From Candidatus Thorarchaeota archaeon (GTDB lineage: Archaea; Asgardarchaeota; Thorarchaeia; Thorarchaeales; Thorarchaeaceae), in NCBI GenBank assembly GCA_048882325.1, contig JBHLRS010000001.1, forward strand, positions 1 to 64,000: DNA of 64,000 nucleotides, in the 5' to 3' direction. Each line of letters opens with the position of its first letter. Positions within the stretch are counted from its first letter, which is position 1. Shown here one piece after another: positions 41,376 to 49,383 of the stretch. Position numbers and translations under genes: made by a program. The notes beneath the pieces are model-generated. The model searched no databases and had not been told where the DNA came from. It saw nothing but the letters and a program-made list of their open reading frames with translations.

Positions 41376-42260
41376 TTAATATCTCTCAAAGAGTTTTTCG
41401 AGAATAACAGTCGTACAATTCGCCAACTCAACAAACTGTTCTGCATGCCATCTAGTGCCTTGATTATACCCCCAGTGGATAGGAATAGCATAGGCCAAAT
41501 CCGACGACTGTTTGATATCCTCAACTGCACTTGCCGCCTCATCTGGCTCCATCCAAGCATATCCACTCACTGGTAGCAAAGCAATGTCTGTAGAAACACT
41601 CGTCATCTCTGGTATTCGGTCGGTATCACCAGAATGATAGATCCGTGTACCGTTGAAATCAACAATGACTCCAATGTAATCATATTCTGGCGGATGAAAC
41701 AGGGTTGTTGTTCCTGGTCGATACTTGTCCACATTGTAGGAAGGAACGAATTCAAAGGAGACATCACTAAATGTTAGGTTGTCGCCTGGATAGACTGTAT
41801 AATCTGGATGGAGGAATCCAGCTGGTATCCGTGAGCTAATTGTGAGAGTATCGTCATCTGAGAGTGAATAGATGTCAGCAAGAGAGAAGTGTGGACTGTG
41901 ATCGTGTGTGATGACGATGTAGTCAGCTGTTTCCAAGACCGGATCGTCAATGTTGTCAATATTGTAAGGGTCAATGTATACAACTGTGTCATTGAATTTC
42001 AACTTGAACCCCCCGACAATGATCCACATGAGGTCTACTCCCTCAAACGTGAAGATGTCAGGATTAATTTCCACTTCAGGTTCCGTAGGTTGAGTCGTTG
42101 TACTGGTTGTAGATTCTGATGTAGATGTATTTGTCGAAAAGCCATCTGTTCCGGGAGCAGTGATAGACATCATACCAATGTAGACTCCAAAACCAACAAT
42201 AATCGAAACGATGACTAGTGCCAGTACTTTCGTTTTCTCAGGCATAACGGCAAACCTCAA
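41376..42260 (-). CDS. Membrane-anchored MBL-fold hydrolase (UlaG-like)
   Basis: YIDPY, THDHSPH, YHSGDT, IPIHWG; N-terminal TM and Thr linker. Confidence 0.85.
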   Translation of the reverse strand: MRFAVMPEKTKVLALVIVSIIVGFGVYIGMMSITAPGTDGFSTNTSTSESTTSTTTQPTEPEVEINPDIFTFEGVDLMWIIVGGFKLKFNDTVVYIDPYNIDNIDDPVLETADYIVITHDHSPHFSLADIYSLSDDDTLTISSRIPAGFLHPDYTVYPGDNLTFSDVSFEFVPSYNVDKYRPGTTTLFHPPEYDYIGVIVDFNGTRIYHSGDTDRIPEMTSVSTDIALLPVSGYAWMEPDEAASAVEDIKQSSDLAYAIPIHWGYNQGTRWHAEQFVELANCTTVILEKLFERY

Positions 42261-42543
42261 GATATGAAGTGAAAAATCGAAACTCTAGAACCATGAGAGT
42301 TACAATATCTATTAACCCACTTTCCTTGTACGCAAGCGGAGCGACAAATCGACTAGGCAGTACGTTGTTCTAGAGCTGTTCAGTATTACCCAGTCTTATA
42401 GCAACACTTTCTGTGACATGTGCAATGAATGGTGTGTAAGAATGAGACTGACAGGACATCGCGACGCCAAACTGAGCAACAGAGTGCACATTGAGGACGC
42501 CAAACCCTTTGTGTCTGTAACTGAAAGATTTCTCTCATCATCA

Positions 42544-42705
42544 ATGACTAGAATGATTAAGTGTCCACACTGTGGTACAGTCATAGACTTCGCTGAAAAG
42601 GTCAATTGGGAAGGTCCCGACACATTCACCTGCGAAAGTTGCAAACATCACTTGAGTATGCGCCTAATTGACAGGGCACTTCGTGATCTTGGAATCGACC
42701 CATAG
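42544..42705 (+). CDS. Small zinc-finger protein
   Basis: CPHCG...CESC; 53 aa from ATG 42544. Confidence 0.65.
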   Translation: MTRMIKCPHCGTVIDFAEKVNWEGPDTFTCESCKHHLSMRLIDRALRDLGIDP

Positions 42706-42738
42706 CCAAGTATTTAATCATAATCTTTTCTTTCGTCT

Positions 42739-43140
42739 GTGGCAAAAATGCAGAAGTCACTCTTTGATATCATCAGCGCATGGACACTATTTTTCAACCT
42801 CGATGAGATGGAAGACACACTAATTCAGGTTTCTACACAGTTTAATGATAAGAAAGTCAAATTCAAGCTTCTTGAGGATCTATCGGACTTGCATGAGTTG
42901 ATGTATGACCCTAATGAGTCAATGACAGATACACGCATGTCGATCCTGATTGATAGATTTATTTTTGAAAAGGAGAAACAAGATGTAGCACAATTTGTTA
43001 AAATTGAGAGTTCAGGACCGCCAGAATACAGATTGGAAGTTCTGAACATTGAGGAGACAATCGCCAAGTTTCCTGATTGGTTTGAACCTTTTGAGGGCAT
43101 GACATGGGATGATACAAGGTCGAGATTGCTTGACAAGTAG
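42739..43140 (+). CDS. Acidic hypothetical protein
   Basis: 133-aa ORF with protein-like composition. Confidence 0.65.
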   Translation: MAKMQKSLFDIISAWTLFFNLDEMEDTLIQVSTQFNDKKVKFKLLEDLSDLHELMYDPNESMTDTRMSILIDRFIFEKEKQDVAQFVKIESSGPPEYRLEVLNIEETIAKFPDWFEPFEGMTWDDTRSRLLDK

Positions 43141-43176
43141 CAGATTTATCTTACGTAATTGAGAACTTTTCTGATG

Positions 43177-43602
43177 TCATTGTTTCCTCATCCGTTCGAA
43201 TTCTGCAGCAATACTTCCAGCTCTTCCAAGTGATAGTATTGTTAGAAAAAACATCCATACTGGGAAGAGTACCCACCAAGTATCGGGTCCTGATATCATT
43301 GCCATCGGGATGAAAACAACAATCAGTATGATCGTTGTTGCAACAAAATATGGGAGTTGAGTGATAATACCTAGTCTTCTTGGATTATTGATACTATGCA
43401 TGTAGAATCGTTGCCATCTCTCCATCTGGTCTTCAGAGAGGTGTTTGATTTTTCTTCCTTGATACTCCTCGACTCCTTTCTTGATGCATTTTTTGAAATA
43501 CCATTTCAACACACGCTCCAAAATGATTCCACTGACAAAGAGGAGGATTGTGAACAGAAGGATAAAGAGAACTCCTATGTCTCCTGATATCGTAATTTGC
43601 AT
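43177..43602 (-). CDS. Three-TM hypothetical membrane protein
   Basis: GGAGGGG RBS; hydrophobic segments. Confidence 0.65.
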   Translation of the reverse strand: MQITISGDIGVLFILLFTILLFVSGIILERVLKWYFKKCIKKGVEEYQGRKIKHLSEDQMERWQRFYMHSINNPRRLGIITQLPYFVATTIILIVVFIPMAMISGPDTWWVLFPVWMFFLTILSLGRAGSIAAEFERMRKQ

Positions 43603-43632
43603 CTATTCCCCTCCCAAATGAAAAGAAGTAAA

Positions 43633-43656
43633 ATTCCGGAGCCAAAGCTCCGGAAT
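43633..43656 (-). terminator. 10-bp hairpin plus U-tract
   Basis: ATTCCGGAGC/GCTCCGGAAT, then TTTACTTCTTTT on the minus strand. Confidence 0.7.
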
Positions 43657-43667
43657 AGCTAAATAGA

Positions 43668-44228
43668 CTACTCTTGATAGCCCTTCATGTAGCCCTCGCG
43701 TTGATTCCATTTCTCCTCGAGGCGCTGCATGATAGTCCACATTTGATAGGTGTAATTCCAGGCTTCGTCAAACTTACCCTGATTCATGTCGTCTTGGAAC
43801 TCCTCCACGACATCATTGATTGCACCTATGTCATCGATGATGACTGCATCAAACTCGTACACTTGGTCGAGCTCTTTCTCGTTGATCTTCTCCTTTGAAC
43901 CCCAGGCAGCGTATCCATAGTCGGCGTATCTGATGGCTGATTCAATCTTGTCTGTCAACGCGAGCATTCTATCGAATGTTTCCCACGTCTTAGTGAGATT
44001 GTAATCCACTGCCATCATCTGCAGCTTCTCAAGGTCTTGCTTGACAAGTCGTAGCTGGTCAGCCATGAACTCACGAAGGACCTTGTCTGCTGCGCGGCGT
44101 TCTTCCTTCTCTTGATACCCGTGCCAGCCGGGGATGTAGTGAGTGATCTTACCGAAGAAGCCTCCCTTGATGTCCTTGGCAGCCTTCTTTCTGATTCTCT
44201 TGGCAATTGGGTCAGTTACTTTACCCAT
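43668..44228 (-). CDS. Conserved alpha-helical hypothetical protein (family recalled as an SPFH-gene neighbour)
   Basis: IPGWHGYQEKEERRAADKVLR...ADYGY motif; AGGAG RBS. Confidence 0.75.
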   Translation of the reverse strand: MGKVTDPIAKRIRKKAAKDIKGGFFGKITHYIPGWHGYQEKEERRAADKVLREFMADQLRLVKQDLEKLQMMAVDYNLTKTWETFDRMLALTDKIESAIRYADYGYAAWGSKEKINEKELDQVYEFDAVIIDDIGAINDVVEEFQDDMNQGKFDEAWNYTYQMWTIMQRLEEKWNQREGYMKGYQE

Positions 44229-44405
44229 GCTGATGATTCTCCTGAATGTTTACAACCCCCTAGGCATGACTAATGGGGTTGACCTGCTTGGGACTATACT
44301 TGAGTCCTTAAAAAACATGTCACAACATGTTTAGCCTTATTCTGATGCCCTCAGGAATCGCCGACAAGGCGTTCCTTAAATATGATTAATTGTTGGTCGA
44401 CAATC

Positions 44406-46388
44406 ATGACAGAGCAGGGTGTAATCCGCGATATAGACTGGAACGTTGAACCTGCAAAGATGAGGTCTATTGTGGATGAAGAAATTGAGAATGCAAAGAA
44501 GAAACTTGATGAAATTGCTGGGACGGTACATGACCAGGTGACTCTTCAGACGCTCAAGGATTTCGAGGAAGTATTGGGCTCTTTTGGTGAGAAAATTGGT
44601 CAGATATTCTTCATGAAGAACGTGTCTCCAGATAAGGATCAGCGTGATATGGCTGATGAGATAGAGAAGGATGCAAGGAAATTCCTCAACGAGATTTGGG
44701 GGAGAAAGGACATCTATGATGTGATTGTAAACCTCGAACCCAAGATGGATTCTCTGGATCCTGAAGAGAAGACTCTACTCGATTTGACACTGAAGGAGTT
44801 TCGACATAGAGGGGCTGCTCTAGATGATGAGAAGAGAAAGGAATTTCTCGAGATTGCCAATAATATTACTGTCCTTGAAACCGAATTTGCCAGAACATTA
44901 AATGAAATTACTACTACTGTTCCCTTCACGGAAGAGGAGCTTGAAGGTGTACCATCCCATGTCTATGAGAACTTGGAGAAAGATGGTAACAAGTTCTTGT
45001 GTTCTCTTGATTATCCCGTCTTCCTTCCTGTAAGAACATATGCGAAGAATCCTGAAACCAGAAAGACGATGCAGATAGCATTTTTGCAGCGTGGTGGAAA
45101 AGAGAACACCGAACGCCTTTCGGATGCTCTAGCCTTAAGGGAAAGACAAGCAAAGCTTCTTGGTTTCGCTAATTACGCAGAGTATGGAATCAGCAGGAAA
45201 ATGGCCAAGACTCCTAAGAGAGTCATTGATTTTATGGATGAGTTGAAGGATAAACTTACTCCACTCAGTGACAAGGAAACCCTTGTCCTTCGTGAGATGA
45301 AAGCAAAAGAACAAGGTATACCACTCGAAGAAACTAAGGTTGAGATTTGGGACTTGTTCTACTATCATGAGATGCTCATGAGAGACAAATACGCAGTCGA
45401 CCAGAATAAGGTGAAAGAATACTTTCCGATGGATCGTGTGATCAAAGGTGTTCTTGATGTCTACCAGGCTGTTCTCAATCTCGAGTTCAAAGAACCCGAC
45501 AAACCTAATGTGTGGCATGAAGATGTCATACAATACAAGGTGATTGACAAGACAAATGGCAAGACACTCGGAGTATTCTATTTGGACCTCTACCCACGAG
45601 ATGGAAAGTACAAACACTATGCTGTGTTTGATTTCATGGACCGTCGTGTCAAGAATGGGAAGGAACTACTTCCTATCTGTTCTATGGTGTCCAACTATGA
45701 AAAGCCAACTAAGGACAAACCTTCTCTTCTCAACCATTCAGAGGTCGAGACATTCTTCCACGAGTTTGGTCACCTTATGCATGTGATTAGCAATCAAGCG
45801 AGTTATGCACGGTTTGGATTGGATGGAGTATTGAAGGACTTTATTGAAACTCCATCGATGATGTTCCAGAATTGGGCTTGGAAGGACGAGGTTCTTTCAG
45901 GTCTATCTGGTTATTACAAGAACCCAGATGAGAAGCTACCCAAAGAGACCCTCAAGAGTCTCATTGATGCCAAACTACTCAATATCGGAACCCTGACACT
46001 CAGACAGGTTGCTTATTCATTGATCGACATGGTATACCACACTAAGGGAGCTGAGGATCCGAATGCAGTGTTTAGGAAACTCTTCACGGAGGTCACAAAA
46101 TACGACCTTCCTGAAAACACTCGTTTTGAGGCTGGATTCAGTCATCTCATGAGTCAGCTCTATGCTGCTGGATACTATAGTTACACATGGTCTCAGGTGT
46201 ATGCTGAAGATATCTTCACTAAGTTCGAAGAGAACGGTTACATGGATCCCGAAACTGGGACCGAGTACCGTCAGAAGATTCTGGCTCCTGGTGGAAGCCT
46301 AGACCCCGATGACATGGTTCATAGTTTCCTCGGGCGCGACATGAAGATTGATGCATTCATGAAGTCCCTTGGACTCGATGCCAAGTAA
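44406..46388 (+). CDS. M3A metallopeptidase, thimet oligopeptidase-like
   Basis: FYLDLYPRDGKY, FHEFGHLMH, DFIETPS, AGYYSY. Confidence 0.93.
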   Translation: MTEQGVIRDIDWNVEPAKMRSIVDEEIENAKKKLDEIAGTVHDQVTLQTLKDFEEVLGSFGEKIGQIFFMKNVSPDKDQRDMADEIEKDARKFLNEIWGRKDIYDVIVNLEPKMDSLDPEEKTLLDLTLKEFRHRGAALDDEKRKEFLEIANNITVLETEFARTLNEITTTVPFTEEELEGVPSHVYENLEKDGNKFLCSLDYPVFLPVRTYAKNPETRKTMQIAFLQRGGKENTERLSDALALRERQAKLLGFANYAEYGISRKMAKTPKRVIDFMDELKDKLTPLSDKETLVLREMKAKEQGIPLEETKVEIWDLFYYHEMLMRDKYAVDQNKVKEYFPMDRVIKGVLDVYQAVLNLEFKEPDKPNVWHEDVIQYKVIDKTNGKTLGVFYLDLYPRDGKYKHYAVFDFMDRRVKNGKELLPICSMVSNYEKPTKDKPSLLNHSEVETFFHEFGHLMHVISNQASYARFGLDGVLKDFIETPSMMFQNWAWKDEVLSGLSGYYKNPDEKLPKETLKSLIDAKLLNIGTLTLRQVAYSLIDMVYHTKGAEDPNAVFRKLFTEVTKYDLPENTRFEAGFSHLMSQLYAAGYYSYTWSQVYAEDIFTKFEENGYMDPETGTEYRQKILAPGGSLDPDDMVHSFLGRDMKIDAFMKSLGLDAK

Positions 46389-46401
46389 AAGAAAGAACAT
46401 C

Positions 46402-46424
46402 GTAGGGCAGTCAGTCTGCCCTAC
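46402..46424. terminator. Bidirectional hairpin terminator between convergent genes
   Basis: GTAGGGCAG/CTGCCCTAC with an A-tract before and a T-tract after. Confidence 0.7.
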
Positions 46425-46442
46425 TCATTTTTGTAATATTGG

Positions 46443-47642
46443 TTACCAGAGCTGATACTGTCTCTTAACAAATCCTTCCCAGACTCTCGGGAGTTTGGCA
46501 ATGACTTCCTCTGTTATTGACTCTGTGGAGGCCTTCACCTTCTCAATGTCACAGTCTCCATAGAGCTCGACATTGATTGCCAACGGCTCAGTAATGGGTG
46601 CACCAATCTGACTCACAAGATAGCAGTAGACCTGGGAAAGGTCTGGATGTTCCTTATAGACTCGTTCGGTGATTTCCCTTGCGGCTACATTGTAAGTTTT
46701 TCCTACGTGTGACACAGGGTTCTTTCCAGCAGCTGCTTCAAGAGTCATTGGTCTGTAAGGAGTAATCAGACCATTCGCTCGATTACCTCTACCAACTTGA
46801 CCATCATCGCCATGTTCAGCTGATGTGCCAGTTACTGTCAAGTAAAAGAGACCATCTTCGGGACTATCTGCAGTGTTAACACTAACCTCAGTTTCCATGT
46901 CCGTAATCTTGACAGCGAGGTCCTTCACAAGATCAGTGATTCCCTCCATGACATTGGCATACTCATCCTTGTCCTTTGTCTTACTGGAGATTATGGCTGC
47001 CGCAACCTGAACATGGATCTTGTCATCAATTCGAGTTCCCATGATTTTGATGTCTTCTCCAATCTGCGGCCACTGCTTCTTCACCTTCTCACTATTCAGT
47101 AGTTGTTCAGACTCGAGGGTGATTAACTCAGTAGGTGAGAGTGGTGCATAGCCAACACCGAAGCTTGTGTCATTGGCTCGTGGGATACCAGTTTCCAGAT
47201 CAAAGTTACCAACGAGATCCGTGCTTCCAGCTCGTATCTTGTAATCAATGATCACATCAGAGTTTACATCAAGATTCGGGAGGTCCTTACTCAGCCATTC
47301 TCTTGTGTGCTCAACCGCGAACTTGCCAACTGGAACTTGTCGTTCGTAGTCTTTGTCAACAACATCAACAGCTCGTCCACTCATCAAAATGTAAATTGGC
47401 TCAATTACATCACCGCCGCCAAACTTGGCGTTTGACTGTCCTCCGACCAACAGGACCTTGTCCACGTTGTGATGTTGAACCTGATCAAAAGTCTCCATGT
47501 AATATTCGCTAAGGCGAACCGATAATTCCTCTGCAGCTTTGTCGCAAAGGGTGTCGGGATGCCCCTTACCTTTCCTTTCAACAATCTCCACTGGGAGCTT
47601 GTCAACAGAAGGTCCAGCACCGGGCGTGACTTTCAAATTCAT
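46443..47642 (-). CDS. mat: S-adenosylmethionine synthetase, archaeal type
   Basis: EIVERKGKGHPD, HHNVDK, ANDTSFGVG, GEDIK, GKNPVSHVGK. Confidence 0.96.
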   Translation of the reverse strand: MNLKVTPGAGPSVDKLPVEIVERKGKGHPDTLCDKAAEELSVRLSEYYMETFDQVQHHNVDKVLLVGGQSNAKFGGGDVIEPIYILMSGRAVDVVDKDYERQVPVGKFAVEHTREWLSKDLPNLDVNSDVIIDYKIRAGSTDLVGNFDLETGIPRANDTSFGVGYAPLSPTELITLESEQLLNSEKVKKQWPQIGEDIKIMGTRIDDKIHVQVAAAIISSKTKDKDEYANVMEGITDLVKDLAVKITDMETEVSVNTADSPEDGLFYLTVTGTSAEHGDDGQVGRGNRANGLITPYRPMTLEAAAGKNPVSHVGKTYNVAAREITERVYKEHPDLSQVYCYLVSQIGAPITEPLAINVELYGDCDIEKVKASTESITEEVIAKLPRVWEGFVKRQYQLW

Positions 47643-47770
47643 TATAAATCAACTCATCTTTTTCACTCGGCGCAGTGGTGTTAATATAAAAGAATTGCGT
47701 TAAGTGACGAAAAAATACCGTAGGGTAATTAAAACTAAATATTCATATTACTTAGAGGAATATCCTGGGT

Positions 47771-48304
47771 GTGATTCTCACAGCAGATGACATCCAGAAA
47801 CTCAGACAAAGAAAGGGTCTGACTCAGTCAGAACTTGCTGCCAAGGTTGGTGTTTCACAATCATATATTGCGAGATTAGAACGTGGTTCGCTCGATCCCA
47901 AACTCTCTCTTGTCAAGAAAATAGTCGACATATTAACAATTGAATCTGGAAGAGTATGTTCTGAAATCATGACAACAGATCCAACCACAGTGGATGCTCG
48001 TGATGTGGTTTCTACTGCTGTTTCCCTGATGCAGGAACACAATTATTCTCAGCTACCTGTTATGCGTGGTACACAAATCGTTGGAATCATCACGGAATGG
48101 GACATCATACAAAACCTGCAACATAATCTTCATGAGATTTCAGTGCAGGCTATTATGAGTCCCAGTAGTGTACTAATGGTTGACGGGAATAAATCCATCG
48201 ACGTCATCATACCTCTTTTCGAGAACTACCAAGCGGTACTTGTCCAGAACCAAGGGCGTATCCAAGGCATCATTACAAGGTCAGACCTGCTTAGACTTAT
48301 CTGA
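47771..48304 (+). CDS. XRE-HTH plus CBS-pair transcriptional regulator (COG3620-like)
   Basis: GLTQSELAAKVGVSQSYIARLE; YSQLPV; GIITRSDLL. Confidence 0.9.
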   Translation: MILTADDIQKLRQRKGLTQSELAAKVGVSQSYIARLERGSLDPKLSLVKKIVDILTIESGRVCSEIMTTDPTTVDARDVVSTAVSLMQEHNYSQLPVMRGTQIVGIITEWDIIQNLQHNLHEISVQAIMSPSSVLMVDGNKSIDVIIPLFENYQAVLVQNQGRIQGIITRSDLLRLI

Positions 48305-48308
48305 AAAT

Positions 48309-49307
48309 ATGCACAGGAAAAATCGGTGGTTTGAGGTGAGCAGTCGACGAATGGCTCGCATATGGCCATATACAAGGTTTACAGTATATCAACGCGAGTT
48401 GAGGAAAGCTGCCGCAAGATGGTTTTCCAAGAAAGGCTATGTAACTGATACGAAGATGCGCTATTGTCTGAAATCTAGAAATGATTGGTCATTGAATATA
48501 ATCTGTAAAGACGTAGCAGAGTATATCCAGAGGGAAAATGAACAGAGTATGGGTGAGAAGTTTTTCCCTCTTCACAAGTATCTCCATCACGGACTTAGTA
48601 GTCAAGCTTTGATATTCAACCTTGTTGGACCTCTCATTGTGAGAAAGGATTTAGAACCTCTTCGAATAGCAATTGAGAGGGCAGGCATTGACTGGCCTGA
48701 AGGGGAGATTACCACAGAGTTTGAGTATGATAATAAGACCATCTTCAATGAAGATTCTGGACAACCCACATCAATGGACCTCGTAATTTCGGGCGAGAAC
48801 GGAAGAATCTTTGTCGAGTCAAAATTCACAGAACAGGAATTTGGTGATTGTTCTGTCTTTACTGGGGGTGATTGTGATGGCAGAAATCCCCTAGTTTATG
48901 GACTTGACACTTGCTATCTCCACCACATCGGAAGGAAATATTGGGTCCTGATGAGTGAGTTTGGCTTCGGAGATTCTGGAATCGCTTCTGGTTTCATCTG
49001 TCCGTTCACAAACTACTATCAATTCTTCAGAGAGGTTTTATTCTCATTGAAAGAAGAGGGTTGCTTCCTTCTTCTCTATGATGAGAGAAGCCCTGTGTTT
49101 GTCAAGACCTCTAAGAATGGTATTGAATCTGGTCTGTGGCCATTTCTTTTGGAATCTGTTCTTAGTCAACATAAAAGGAAAATCGGACGGGTGACTATTC
49201 AACAGGTAGTCCAAGCAATCTCTGAATCTGGACGGCATAGCGATTGGTTGGGTGAGTTCAAGCAGAAGTATGGCATCGATACTCACATTCAGACCAAGTT
49301 GAAATGA
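48309..49307 (+). CDS. PD-(D/E)XK putative restriction-type endonuclease (PGN_0703-like)
   Basis: SSQALIFN, FEY, TSMDL...VESKFTE, Cys cluster, YYQ; start could be 48351. Confidence 0.7.
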   Translation: MHRKNRWFEVSSRRMARIWPYTRFTVYQRELRKAAARWFSKKGYVTDTKMRYCLKSRNDWSLNIICKDVAEYIQRENEQSMGEKFFPLHKYLHHGLSSQALIFNLVGPLIVRKDLEPLRIAIERAGIDWPEGEITTEFEYDNKTIFNEDSGQPTSMDLVISGENGRIFVESKFTEQEFGDCSVFTGGDCDGRNPLVYGLDTCYLHHIGRKYWVLMSEFGFGDSGIASGFICPFTNYYQFFREVLFSLKEEGCFLLLYDERSPVFVKTSKNGIESGLWPFLLESVLSQHKRKIGRVTIQQVVQAISESGRHSDWLGEFKQKYGIDTHIQTKLK

Positions 49308-49383
49308 CAATCTCATTTGAAGCTCAAAGGTTTATTTACCTGTGATACACTCGAACTACCGTCGTGTGGAGATCGCGCTGACC

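Noticed and set aside
48180-48308. Track start of the nuclease at 48180
   Set aside because: Overlaps the HTH-CBS gene by about 125 bp; a downstream ATG is more plausible
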